From: Gemmatimonadota bacterium
Lineage (GTDB): Bacteria; Gemmatimonadota; Gemmatimonadetes; Longimicrobiales; RSA9
Direction of reading: 5' to 3'
Assembly: GCA_040905425.1 (NCBI GenBank)
Contig: JBBDRO010000032.1
Span: 38,366 to 102,365, forward strand
Length of the DNA: 64,000 bases
The position numbers were made by a program, and so were the translations under genes. The stretch's first letter is position 1; the number at the start of each line of letters is the position of its first letter. A model generated the notes under the pieces. That model worked only from the letters and a program-made list of their open reading frames with translations, had not been told where the DNA came from and did not search any database. Below are positions 19,408 through 32,861 of this stretch, piece by piece.

Positions 19408-20559
19408 ATGCGGCACCCCGAGCACGCGCTGGCCCTGCGGGAGCTCCGCCTCCGCGATTTTCGCAATTTTGCCGCACTCGACCTGGAATTTCCCCCCGGG
19501 GGGGCGGCCGTCATCGGTGACAACGGCTCCGGCAAGACCAACCTCCTGGAGGCGGTCTACTACCTGGAGATCTTCCGCTCCTTTCGCGGCGCCGCCGACG
19601 ACCAGCTCGTGCGCTTCGGCGCGGACTCGTTCTTCATCCGCGGGGTCTTCGAGGAGGTGCGCTCGGGGGAGCGCCACGAAGTGAGCGCCGGCTACGAGCG
19701 GCGCACCCGCACCAAGCGCGTGGCCCTCGACGGCGTGGAGCCGGAGCGCCTGGGGGACGCCCTGGGCGGCCTGGGCGCCGTGGTCTTCTCGCCCTCGGAC
19801 GTGGCGCTGGTGGCGGGCGCGCCGGGCGAGCGGCGGCGCTTCCTGGACATCGTGCTGTCGCTGAACGCGCGCGGCTACTTCGACGCGCTGCAGCGCTACC
19901 GCGGCGCGCTGCGCCAGCGCAACGCCACGCTCAAGGCGGGCACCGGCAGCGCGCACCTGGCGGCCTGGGACGCGGCGCTGGTGGCCGGCGGGGCGCGCGT
20001 GATCGCGGAGCGGATGCGCTGGGTGGCCGAGCACGCCGCCGCGTTCGGCGAGCGCTTCGCGGCCATCGGCGCCGGCGGCACGGCGGAGCTGGCCTACGAG
20101 GGCAGCGTGCGGCTGCCGGCCGAGCCGGGCGCGGCGAGCGTGGACGCGGCGGCCGCGGCCTTCACGGCCGAGCTGGCGCGCGTGGCCGAGCGGGAGCGGG
20201 AGCGCGGCATGACGCTCGTGGGGCCGCACCGGGACGACCTGGCCATCCGCTTCGGTGGTACGGAGGAGGGTGTGGGACTGCGCGAGTTCGGCTCAGGCGG
20301 GCAGCAGCGCACCGCCGCCATTGCGCTGCGCATGATCGAGGCGGAGACCATCCGCGCGGCGCGGGATCGCGAGCCGGTGGTGCTGCTGGATGACGTGTTC
20401 GCCGAGCTCGACCCTGGCCGTTCGCGCCGCATCCTGGCGCTCATGGAGGAGGAGGAGCGCGGCCAGGTACTGCTCACCGCGCCCAAGGAGAGTGACGTGG
20501 AGCTGCGTGGGGGCTCGCTGGCGCGGTGGCGCATTGCCGCCGGGCGGATCGAGACGTGA
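19408..20559 (+). CDS. recF: DNA replication and repair protein RecF
   Basis: 383 aa; Walker A GDNGSGKTNLLEAVYYL, signature SGGQQRT and Walker B VVLLDDVFAELD. Confidence 0.92.
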   Translation: MRHPEHALALRELRLRDFRNFAALDLEFPPGGAAVIGDNGSGKTNLLEAVYYLEIFRSFRGAADDQLVRFGADSFFIRGVFEEVRSGERHEVSAGYERRTRTKRVALDGVEPERLGDALGGLGAVVFSPSDVALVAGAPGERRRFLDIVLSLNARGYFDALQRYRGALRQRNATLKAGTGSAHLAAWDAALVAGGARVIAERMRWVAEHAAAFGERFAAIGAGGTAELAYEGSVRLPAEPGAASVDAAAAAFTAELARVAERERERGMTLVGPHRDDLAIRFGGTEEGVGLREFGSGGQQRTAAIALRMIEAETIRAARDREPVVLLDDVFAELDPGRSRRILALMEEEERGQVLLTAPKESDVELRGGSLARWRIAAGRIET

Positions 20560-20858
20560 AGCGGGAGCGGGATCCGGAGCCGCTGGGTGACGCGCTGCAG
20601 CGCTTTCTGGAGGAGAGCGCCATCGGCGAGAAGATGGAGAAGGCCTCCATCGTCCCGGAGTGGCCGGAGAAGGTGGGGGAAGCCATCGCCGCGGTGACCA
20701 CGCCGCTGCGCGTCTCGGGCGGCACGCTGCTCGTGGCGGTGCGCTCCAGCGGCTGGCTCATGGAGCTGCGCATGATGGAGCGTGAGATCCTGGGCCGGCT
20801 GAACGAGGGCAGGAAGCGGGGGCGCATCGAGCGCATCCGTTTCGTGATGAGCGAATGA
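20556..20858 (+). CDS. DUF721 (DciA-like) protein
   Basis: 100 aa from GTG 20556, overlapping the recF stop (GTGA); PLGDALQRFL...W..VG..IA..T.P and the conserved recF-DUF721-gyrB position. Confidence 0.75.
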   Translation: MKRERDPEPLGDALQRFLEESAIGEKMEKASIVPEWPEKVGEAIAAVTTPLRVSGGTLLVAVRSSGWLMELRMMEREILGRLNEGRKRGRIERIRFVMSE

Positions 20859-20977
20859 GGTGCGGCCCCGGTGCGCGGGAAGCGCGCCGGCGGATGCGCG
20901 GGGACGTCGCTTGAAAATGCGCTGTTGAAGGCGTAACCCCGGGGGTGTTCCGGGGTAGTATTCATGGTTGATCCTGA

Positions 20978-25156
<4,179 letters not shown>

Positions 25157-25159
25157 GGG

Positions 25160-25184
25160 TATGTGAACAGGCGGACGTTTGGGG
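25160..25184. repeat. left copy of the direct repeat flanking the first lipoprotein gene
   Basis: TATGTGAACAGGCGGACGTTTGGGG, 4 nt after the gyrB stop; matches 26582-26607 with 2 mismatches and a 1-nt indel. Confidence 0.85.
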
Positions 25185-25358
25185 ACAGCCGGAGCGGAAA
25201 ACCGGCTGGCCGCGGGCACGCAGTTCGATCCCGCCGCGGTATACGTGTCTTGCCGGCCCGCGTGTCCCGGGCTACGCTACCTCCGTCGACGTGAGCCCGT
25301 CGAAACCGGTAAGTCGCTGCACCTTCCGACCAATCTCCTCATAACACAGGCCGGGCCC

Positions 25359-26558
25359 ATGAAACGCCCCCTGATTGCTCCCGCCCGCGCGATACTTCTT
25401 GCAATTGCGGCACTCGCGCCGGTCCTCACGGGGGGCTGCGGCAACGAGGAGCGCTCCGGCGTGACGGTCGTCCATGAACTCAGGGGAGACACCGTGCTCA
25501 TGGTGTCGAGCGGGGAGCCCGAGCGAGTGCGGGTCGAGGAGGTAGAGGTGCTCTGGCAATCGGACGAGTTCGAGGGGATACTCCCGAGAATGGCCCGAGT
25601 CGGCGATCACCTGGTGATTGGCGACCTGTTTCGGATTCACGTGGTTTCTCTCGAAGACGGTGGCGCGCACACCTTCGGCCGACAAGGGCAGGGGCCGGGA
25701 GAGTTCGGGGGAGCCATTTGGTCTGTTGGTGGATTCGGGCCTGAAACCTTCGCGGCTTATGACGGAAGCAATACGCTCCTCTTTTCGCTGGAAGGGGAGT
25801 TTCTCGATTCGCATGAACCGACCCCGCGGCTCCCCTTCACTCAGCCCGTCATGGGAGGCTCCGCGAGGGACCGGCCTTCGTATCCACTCGTAAAGTCCGG
25901 GAGTGGTGTGCTGTGGGAGAAGGCCAGTAGCTGGGAAGAAAAAGAAGGCACGGGGATCGAGCGAAAGGCTCTCCTCTGGCATGATTTGGAGGCGGACACG
26001 GCGGCAGTCCTCGAGACATGGGATTATATTCGGGACCCGGGGGCCGCCTTCGGGGAGTTGGTCAAGCACGCGATCGCCTCTGATGGTCGGGTAGCGACAG
26101 GGTACCCCGCCGATTACTGCATACGGCTCTTCCACGCGTTCGAGGAGGGCGGCCGCACCGGGTGCCGCGAGCGATCTCGGGTAGCGATCGAGGCGAGCTT
26201 CAACGACGTTTCCGGACTCGACTGGGCGGGGCGGGACCAGTTGGCCCAGGAACTCAAGGCGAACCCCGTGGGCGGCTTCCTGCCACACTTTGATCGGCTT
26301 CTTTTCAGCGCATCCGGCGACCTGTGGGTAAATCTGTACCACGATGAGTACGCCCATGTCCACCGCCTTTTTTACACCCTCAAAGACTGGAAACCCACCG
26401 TTCACGAGTGGGAGGTCTTCGACAGGGAGGCCGTCCTCGTACGCCACGTAACGCTTCCGGGCGCCTTCGATCTCCGGGTGATCGGGGATGGGGAGGGCTT
26501 CGGTTTCCTCACCCTCGACACGGGCGAGGTCGTGATCGGCAGGGTCGACCTGACTTAA
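25359..26558 (+). CDS. NHL/beta-propeller-type lipoprotein, paralogue 1 (lower GC)
   Basis: 399 aa from ATG 25359; lipobox LTGGC; GRQGQGPGEF NHL-like motif; C-terminal similarity to the paralogues at 26743, 31554, 32854 and 34166; visibly lower GC and GC3 than its neighbours. Confidence 0.75.
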   Translation: MKRPLIAPARAILLAIAALAPVLTGGCGNEERSGVTVVHELRGDTVLMVSSGEPERVRVEEVEVLWQSDEFEGILPRMARVGDHLVIGDLFRIHVVSLEDGGAHTFGRQGQGPGEFGGAIWSVGGFGPETFAAYDGSNTLLFSLEGEFLDSHEPTPRLPFTQPVMGGSARDRPSYPLVKSGSGVLWEKASSWEEKEGTGIERKALLWHDLEADTAAVLETWDYIRDPGAAFGELVKHAIASDGRVATGYPADYCIRLFHAFEEGGRTGCRERSRVAIEASFNDVSGLDWAGRDQLAQELKANPVGGFLPHFDRLLFSASGDLWVNLYHDEYAHVHRLFYTLKDWKPTVHEWEVFDREAVLVRHVTLPGAFDLRVIGDGEGFGFLTLDTGEVVIGRVDLT

Positions 26559-26581
26559 TCAGCTGTGCCCCCGAACTGAGT

Positions 26582-26607
26582 TATATGAACAGGCGAAACG
26601 TTTGGGG
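26582..26607. repeat. right copy of the direct repeat flanking the first lipoprotein gene
   Basis: TATATGAACAGGCGAAACGTTTGGGG, 24 nt after the stop of 25359..26558. Confidence 0.85.
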
Positions 26608-26742
26608 GCGGCAAAATGGGTTCTAAGCTGAAAAGCCTCGTGACAGGGTAAGCGGCCCCGTGATTTGGCCTGGCGGCTGAGGTGACATGAAGATGATCCC
26701 GTTGGCGTAGACGTGTCGCCAAGCTTTTCCGCCTGTTCGGGC

Positions 26743-27948
26743 ATGCGCCAGCGCGCGCCATCGATCCGCCGCGCCGCCACGGTACTCGCCGCCTGTCTGC
26801 TCACGGCGTGCGGTGCCGCGGACGTCCTCCCCGGGGAGACGGCGGTCACCGACAGCGCCGGTGTCCGTCTTGTGCACAGCGCCGCGCCGCGCCACGCCCT
26901 GGATGCGGCCCCTCGACTGAGCGCCGAGCCGGAGCTGGTGATCGGGGTGCGCGACGGCGACCCCGTCTACCAGTTCAGCGGCCTGCGCGGTTCGCGCCTG
27001 CGAGAAGACGGTGGTGTGGTGGTGATCGACGCGTCCCGTCAGATCCGCTATTTCGACCGGGTGGGGCGGCATGTGCGTACCGTGGGCGGGCAGGGTGGTG
27101 GTCCGGGAGAGTTCCAGGGGCCGATGAGTCTCATGACGTTGCCGGGGGACTCGCTCATGGTCAGCGATTTCCAGCTGCGGCGGGCCACCGTCCTGGATCC
27201 CGAGGGGACGGTGTTGGAGGTGTTCCCGCTGCCGCGTGTAGGCTTGCCCCCACCCCAGCTGGTGGACGTGCTGCCGGACGGACGGCTCCTCCACAGCGTC
27301 ACCGACCGGCCCGAGGGCTGGCCGACCGGCGTCGTGGAAACCACCTACATCTACACGGCGGTCGCGCCCGGGCGCGCGGCCGTGGACACGCTCTTCGTGC
27401 GCGGCCGCCCCGCCATGTTCGGCGTGGGCAACGGCATGATCAGCCTGCCGTACGCGCGTGGTTTCAGCGCCAGGGTGGATGGAGAGACGCTGCTGGTGGC
27501 GGACGGTCAGGCGGGCGCGGTCGAACGCATCTCCCTGGACGGTCTGGTCCTGGCGCGCTACTCGTGGGCCGCGTCGCGGCTCCCTGTGACGGAGTCGATG
27601 AAGGATGCCCACCGCCAGCAGCGCGCCCCGAGTGTCGCTCGGATGACGGGTGGCTCGGCCGAGGGTGTCCTGGACGACCTTCCTTTCCCTGATTCGCTAC
27701 CCGCGTTCGACTCCATGAGGCCAGACCGCGGCAGCGGCCGGATCTGGCTGCGCCGGTTCGTCGTGGATGCCACCCCCCACGTCTGGACCGTGTTGGACAC
27801 CGATGGCAGCTGGCTGGCCGACGTCGAGATGCCACCCGGTTTCAGTCTGTCCGATATCCTCGACGGGCGGATCGTCGGTGTCTGGTGGGACGAGTTCGAC
27901 GTGCCCTACGTGCACGTCTACGCCTTGCATGGCCTGGCCGCCCCCTAG
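26743..27948 (+). CDS. NHL/beta-propeller-type lipoprotein, paralogue 2
   Basis: 401 aa from ATG 26743; lipobox LLTAC; GGQGGGPGEFQGP...SLMVSD NHL-like repeat; C-terminal W.VLD..G...VPYVHVYAL shared with the family. Confidence 0.75.
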   Translation: MRQRAPSIRRAATVLAACLLTACGAADVLPGETAVTDSAGVRLVHSAAPRHALDAAPRLSAEPELVIGVRDGDPVYQFSGLRGSRLREDGGVVVIDASRQIRYFDRVGRHVRTVGGQGGGPGEFQGPMSLMTLPGDSLMVSDFQLRRATVLDPEGTVLEVFPLPRVGLPPPQLVDVLPDGRLLHSVTDRPEGWPTGVVETTYIYTAVAPGRAAVDTLFVRGRPAMFGVGNGMISLPYARGFSARVDGETLLVADGQAGAVERISLDGLVLARYSWAASRLPVTESMKDAHRQQRAPSVARMTGGSAEGVLDDLPFPDSLPAFDSMRPDRGSGRIWLRRFVVDATPHVWTVLDTDGSWLADVEMPPGFSLSDILDGRIVGVWWDEFDVPYVHVYALHGLAAP

Positions 27949-28051
27949 CCGCAGCCTCGGAACGAGTAAACGCGCCCCGGGGCACCCGGCGCCGGCCGCG
28001 GACGACGACAACCGGCCATTTATCGGGGGCAAAAAGACGCGGGTCGGGTTA

Positions 28052-28069
28052 CCGTCGTGATCACGACGG
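28052..28069. promoter_or_regulatory. perfect 18-bp palindrome (operator-like) in a long intergenic region
   Basis: CCGTCGTGATCACGACGG; a related half-degenerate copy GTCGTCGTGATCACAAC lies at 28114-28130 inside the inverted repeat TCCAGTT/AACTGGA (28107-28113/28134-28140); TTACCGTCGT recurs at 28173. Confidence 0.4.
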
Positions 28070-28245
28070 AAAGTGGCCACGCGTCGGTGGCGGCGGCGGA
28101 ATGTTGTCCAGTTGTCGTCGTGATCACAACCATAACTGGACGGTTGCCTCCAGCGGCCCGATTCGGGGCCACTTACCGTCGTTGAGGGGGCTCTGGCCAT
28201 CCGCCATGCGGGCCCCTCCCGCCATCCATCCACCATGCGCCGCAT

Positions 28246-28320
28246 CCACCACGCGCCGCCCGCGCCATCCGCCCGCGCCATGCGCCACCCGCGCCATGCG
28301 CCACCCGCGCCGCTCGCCGT
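28246..28320. repeat. C-rich tandem repeat (16-nt unit GCGCCATGCGCCACCC)
   Basis: Two perfect copies at 28275-28290 and 28291-28306, flanked by degenerate copies (CGCGCCATCCGCCC, CACCATGCGCCGCATCCACCA); upstream of the vWA gene. Confidence 0.8.
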
Positions 28321-28432
28321 GCGCAACCGTTGGCGAGCATCGCCGCATGCAGAAATGTGTACACAGGCCGCGTCATTTCTCCGGCCGCCAGGGCGTTTCC
28401 CTGGGCAGACGCCTCTCGCATCGGAGGACACC

Positions 28433-30313
28433 ATGGCCGCCATCCTGACGCTCCGCTCGCTCCTGCCGCTGCCCCTGCTTCTGCTGGTCACCTCGGCCGC
28501 GCTGCAGGCGCCGCCCGTGATCACCGGCCGCGTCAGCGACGGGGCCACGGCGGCTCCACTCAACGGCGCACAGGTGCTCGTTCGGGGGACGATGCACGGC
28601 GCCCTGACCGACGCCCGGGGCACGTACCGGATCACGTTGCCCGATACACTCATCGGCCGCGAGGTCCAGCTTGCCGTGGCCGTGATGGGCTACGGTCAGG
28701 ATACCCGCACCGTCCGCGTGGCGGCGGACAGCACGGTGGTGGATTTCAGCCTGAATGCGCAATCCCTCTCCCTGAAGGATGTGGTCATCACCGGCGCGGA
28801 TCGGATCCAGGGCAAGAAGGTCCCTTTCTCCGTCACGCCGGAGCTCCTGTTCCGCACCGCTCGACCGGACCACAACACCGAATCCTATGCCCTCATCGAG
28901 GAGAACGGCTTCCGCGCCGCGCTGGATCACCCGCTTTCCACTTTCGGCGTGGACGTGGACCGCGCCTCCTACGCCAACGTGCGCCGCTTCCTCCAGCGGG
29001 GGAAGCTGCCCCCGGCCGACGCGGTCCGCATCGAGGAGTTGATCAATTACTTCCCCTATGGGGATCCGCCGCCCACGGACGAGCACCCGTTTTCGGTGAA
29101 CACCGAGGTGGCGGCCGCGCCCTGGCAGCCCGCCCACCAGTTGCTGCGCATCGGCCTGCAGGGCCGGCAGGTGGCCACCGCTGATCTGCCGCCCGCCAAC
29201 CTGGTCTTCCTCATCGACGTGTCCGGCTCCATGCGGACGCCCAACAAGCTGCCGCTCGTGAAGCGGGCGCTGGCCATGGTGGTGGACGAGCTGCGCCCGC
29301 AGGACCGCGTGGCGATCGTGGTATACGCGGGCGCCACGGGCCTGGCGCTGCCGAGCACGAGCGGAGCCGACAAGGCCGCCATCCGCGCCGCCATCGACCG
29401 GCTCGAGGCGGGGGGCAGCACCGCGGGCGGCGCCGGCCTGCGCCTGGCCTACCGGGTTGCCGCCGAGCACCACATACCCGGCGGCATCAACCGCGTGGTG
29501 CTGGCCACGGACGGGGACTTCAACGTGGGCGCCTCGAGTGACGCCCAGATGATCCGCCTGGTCGAGCAGGCCAGAGAGGGCGGCACGGCGCTCACCGTGC
29601 TGGGCTTCGGCATGGGCAATCTAAAGGATTCCAAGCTGGAGGGCCTGGCCGATCACGGGAACGGGAATTACGCGTACATCGATGACCTGGCGGAGGCCCG
29701 CAAGGCGCTGATCGAAGAGCGCGGCGGCACCTTCTTCACCCTGGCCAAGGACGTCAAGATCCAGGTGGAGTTCAATCCGGCGTTCGTACATGCATATCGT
29801 CTTATTGGCTACGAGAATCGCCTGCTCGACGCCGAGGACTTCGAGGACGATGGCAAGGACGCGGGGGACCTGGGTGCCGGCCACGCCGTGACCGCGCTCT
29901 ACGAAATCGTCCCGGCGGGTGTCGAGCATACGGTGAAAACCGGGAGTACGCCGCCGCTCCGCTATCAGGGGGAGCGCACGGCGGACGGCGTACGCTTCAG
30001 CGATGAGCTGGCCTTCGTGAGCCTGCGCTACAAGCCGCCCGAGGAGGACGTGAGCCGCCTGGTGCAGCTGCCTGTAGCCGCCGCTTCGGAGACGCCTTCC
30101 GCCGACCTACGCTTCGCCGCCGCGGTGGCTGGCTTCGGCATGATCCTGCGGGATTCGGAGCATCACGGGCGGCTCGACTATGCCGGCGTGCTGGAACAGG
30201 CGGCTGGCGCCCTCGGGGAGGATCCCGGCGGCCACCGGGCGGCCTTCCTGGAACTCGTTCGCACGGCGCGGCGCGTCAGCGCCGTGACGGCCGAGGCGGG
30301 CTCCGGCGGTTGA
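28433..30313 (+). CDS. von Willebrand factor type A domain protein (YfbK-like, with N-terminal CarboxypepD_reg-like domain)
   Basis: 626 aa from ATG 28433; signal peptide; ITGRVSDGATAAPLNGAQVLVRGT...TDARGTYRI beta-sandwich; MIDAS LIDVSGSM...; C-terminal region like DUF3520. Confidence 0.85.
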   Translation: MAAILTLRSLLPLPLLLLVTSAALQAPPVITGRVSDGATAAPLNGAQVLVRGTMHGALTDARGTYRITLPDTLIGREVQLAVAVMGYGQDTRTVRVAADSTVVDFSLNAQSLSLKDVVITGADRIQGKKVPFSVTPELLFRTARPDHNTESYALIEENGFRAALDHPLSTFGVDVDRASYANVRRFLQRGKLPPADAVRIEELINYFPYGDPPPTDEHPFSVNTEVAAAPWQPAHQLLRIGLQGRQVATADLPPANLVFLIDVSGSMRTPNKLPLVKRALAMVVDELRPQDRVAIVVYAGATGLALPSTSGADKAAIRAAIDRLEAGGSTAGGAGLRLAYRVAAEHHIPGGINRVVLATDGDFNVGASSDAQMIRLVEQAREGGTALTVLGFGMGNLKDSKLEGLADHGNGNYAYIDDLAEARKALIEERGGTFFTLAKDVKIQVEFNPAFVHAYRLIGYENRLLDAEDFEDDGKDAGDLGAGHAVTALYEIVPAGVEHTVKTGSTPPLRYQGERTADGVRFSDELAFVSLRYKPPEEDVSRLVQLPVAAASETPSADLRFAAAVAGFGMILRDSEHHGRLDYAGVLEQAAGALGEDPGGHRAAFLELVRTARRVSAVTAEAGSGG

Positions 30314-30386
30314 CCGCGCTCCACCTCAGCGCGCACTTTGAAGGGGCGTCCCGCAGCCATCCCTCCCATTCGCGGAGCCCGTCACC

Positions 30387-31475
30387 ATGTTCAAGCGACG
30401 TCCAGCCGCCGTGTTCCTGGCGGCATCGATCCTCCTGGCCCTAGCCGCCTCGGCGCTCGCCCCTGCCGCTGCCGAGGCGCAGCGACCTCGGGAGCCCGTG
30501 GAGCGTAGTCTCCGCGACGTCCTGGGCGGCGTGCCCTACACCGCGGCGGACAGCATGGCCCAGCGCATCGTGGAGCGCCTGGACTTTGACAGCTACCGGG
30601 AAATCATCCGCGGCCTGGCCTCCTTCGGCGACCGCGAACAGGGCACCGAGCGCAATGCCCGCGCCGTCGACTGGATCGAGCAGCAGCTCCAGGGCTGGGG
30701 CTACGAGACCGAGCGGATCCACTACGAATTTCGGGGTGAACCGCGCGAGGAGGTCTACGCCACCAAGGTGGGCAGCACCACCCCCGGCGAAATGTACATC
30801 CTGGGCGCCCACATGGACGGGCGCGGCGGCGGCGAGGCAGTCAACGACGACGCGTCGGGTACGGCGCTGGTCATGGAGATCGCGCGTGTTCTGGCCGGAC
30901 CCGAGGTGCGGACCGACCGATCCATCCGCTTCGCACTGTGGAACAACGAGGAGACCGGGCTGAACGGCGCCCGGGCTTACGTGGAGCAGCGCGCGTCTAT
31001 GCAGGGCGTCGAGGATCCCCCGGGCTCCGGCCGCTTTCCTGAGCCACGCTGGATCGGGATGATCCAGCACGACATGATGATGTGGGACCACGGCAACCCG
31101 GTGCAGCACACGCAGGCCCTGAACGCCGACGTGGATATCGAGTTCCAGCTTGTATCCGAGAAGGCGGCGGAGTCGGCGGAACTGGCGCTCGAATTACTGA
31201 ACGCCAACCGCAAGTTTGCCACGGACTATCCGGCGGCCATGAGCAACGCCATGCGGAGCACCGATTCGGGCGCCTTCCAGGACCATGTGGCGTCCGTGAG
31301 CCTGCGTGAGAATCGCCGCGTCTACGAGACGGGCAATGCGGCCAACCCGCACTGGCATCAGCCCACGGATCTCCTGGTTACGTTCTCCGAGGCTGATTAT
31401 CGTCTAGGTTTCAACGCCACCCAGACTACGCTGGGCGCCGTCTCCGTCCTGGCAGGGGCGCGCATCCAGCAGTAG
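30387..31475 (+). CDS. M28 family metallopeptidase (secreted)
   Basis: 362 aa; signal peptide; GAHMDG and NDDASGTALVMEIARVLA zinc-ligand motifs; WNNEETGLNGARAY. Confidence 0.88.
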   Translation: MFKRRPAAVFLAASILLALAASALAPAAAEAQRPREPVERSLRDVLGGVPYTAADSMAQRIVERLDFDSYREIIRGLASFGDREQGTERNARAVDWIEQQLQGWGYETERIHYEFRGEPREEVYATKVGSTTPGEMYILGAHMDGRGGGEAVNDDASGTALVMEIARVLAGPEVRTDRSIRFALWNNEETGLNGARAYVEQRASMQGVEDPPGSGRFPEPRWIGMIQHDMMMWDHGNPVQHTQALNADVDIEFQLVSEKAAESAELALELLNANRKFATDYPAAMSNAMRSTDSGAFQDHVASVSLRENRRVYETGNAANPHWHQPTDLLVTFSEADYRLGFNATQTTLGAVSVLAGARIQQ

Positions 31476-31553
31476 AGCGTAAGCGACGACGGCGGGTCCG
31501 TGCGCACGCGGGCCCGCCGTCATCCCGGCCTTTCCTGCTTCCGGAGCGGGACC

Positions 31554-32861
31554 ATGCAGGCGCGCGGCCCATCTCCTTCCTCGATCCGGACCCTCGCGGT
31601 GCCGGCATTTCTGCTGGGCGCGCTGCTTGCCAGTGCCTGCGGCGACCCCCCCGCCGACCGCCTGGCCGCCTACGTCAACGTCCGCGACAGCGCCGGCATC
31701 CAGATCGTGGAGAATGGCCCGCTGGCCAGCGTGGACACGCTGGGGATCATGGTGGACAGCGCCGCGCGGTTGCGCATCGGACTGGTGGACGGGGACGCGC
31801 CTTACGTGTTCAGCCGCATCGTGGGCGCCACGCGGCTCGCGGACGGGCGGGTGGCCGTTGCGGACCAGCGCGCCGCCGAGGTGCGTTTCTTCGATGGTGA
31901 GGGGCGGTTCCTTGCGGCGGTGGGGGGCGCCGGCCAGGGGCCAGGGGAATACACCCTCTTCTCGGCCATGCATCCGTTGCAGGCTGATTCGCTGTTGATC
32001 GTTGATCATGAAGGAAACCGCTGGCATTTTTCGGATGGCACCGGCACGCCTGTGCGGACACTCCGTGCCGTCCGTCACTCCCCTGGCGAGGATCCTTCTC
32101 GATCCCCGTATCACGTGCGCGGCAGCTACACGGACGGCACGCTGCTGGTGTCCCGGTCTGTACCCGGCTGCACCGGGGAGCCATCATTGTTCTGCGCCGA
32201 TTCCGTCCGGCTTCGCCGGGTCACACGCCGGGGGGAGGTACGCGCTGATTTCGGGGTCGTCCCGCGCTGGCGCCGCTACTTCGATCGGTCGGCGGTCAAT
32301 GGCAGGAACACGATAACGCTGGCGGCCGTGTTCTACCCGCAGGTCAGCTGGGCCGTGGCCGGCATGCGCACCTATATCGGCGACGGCGAGCGCTTCGAGA
32401 TCCGGGTGCACGGGCCCGAAGGTCGTCTCGAGCGTCTCATCCGCGTTGACGCGCCGCCTGAACGCTATCCCGCCGAAGGCCCCACCATGCCGTTGGCCGC
32501 AGACGCCACCGCCGAGCAGCGCCAGCAGCACGCGCGGATGCTCGGTGTGACGGAGCGTGCGCCGAAGCCCGACCACCTGCCGGTGTTCACCAGCCTCGTG
32601 ACCGACGAGCTCGGCAACCTGTGGGTCCATCTCGTCGGGGGTCCGAACAGCGGACTGGGCACCGGCATGCGTTGGGCGGTATTCGACTCAGAAGGCGAAC
32701 TCCGCCATCTGGTGCGAACGCCTGTCCTCAGTACTCGCAGCCCGATGACCGGCCGCGGGGCACCCGAGATCGGCGCGGACTATCTTCTCACCGAGGCCAC
32801 CGACTCCTTCAACGTGCCCGTGGTCGACGTCTATCCCCTCGGCCGACGCAACGGTGGCTGA
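31554..32861 (+). CDS. NHL/beta-propeller-type lipoprotein, paralogue 3 (tandem array member)
   Basis: 435 aa from ATG 31554; lipobox LASAC; GGAGQGPGEY motif; 5' ~290 nt about 96% identical to paralogue 4. Confidence 0.8.
   Translation: MQARGPSPSSIRTLAVPAFLLGALLASACGDPPADRLAAYVNVRDSAGIQIVENGPLASVDTLGIMVDSAARLRIGLVDGDAPYVFSRIVGATRLADGRVAVADQRAAEVRFFDGEGRFLAAVGGAGQGPGEYTLFSAMHPLQADSLLIVDHEGNRWHFSDGTGTPVRTLRAVRHSPGEDPSRSPYHVRGSYTDGTLLVSRSVPGCTGEPSLFCADSVRLRRVTRRGEVRADFGVVPRWRRYFDRSAVNGRNTITLAAVFYPQVSWAVAGMRTYIGDGERFEIRVHGPEGRLERLIRVDAPPERYPAEGPTMPLAADATAEQRQQHARMLGVTERAPKPDHLPVFTSLVTDELGNLWVHLVGGPNSGLGTGMRWAVFDSEGELRHLVRTPVLSTRSPMTGRGAPEIGADYLLTEATDSFNVPVVDVYPLGRRNGG

Noticed and set aside
25160-25184. 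Reading the flanking direct repeat (TGAACAGGCGGACGTTT) as an ECF-sigma promoter (GAAC ... CGTT)
   Set aside because: The spacing between the GAAC and CGTT elements is only about 7-8 nt, against the roughly 16-17 nt needed for ECF-type promoters.
25886-25900. RNase P RNA-like AAAGTCCGGG string
   Set aside because: It lies inside the well-supported lipoprotein coding frame (PLVKSGSG). None of the other conserved RNase P helices or motifs are nearby.
28246-28320. G-quadruplex on the minus strand of the C-rich repeat (GGG runs every 13-16 nt)
   Set aside because: The loops would be 10-13 nt long and only G3 tracts are present, so the predicted stability is low. I kept the region only as a tandem repeat.
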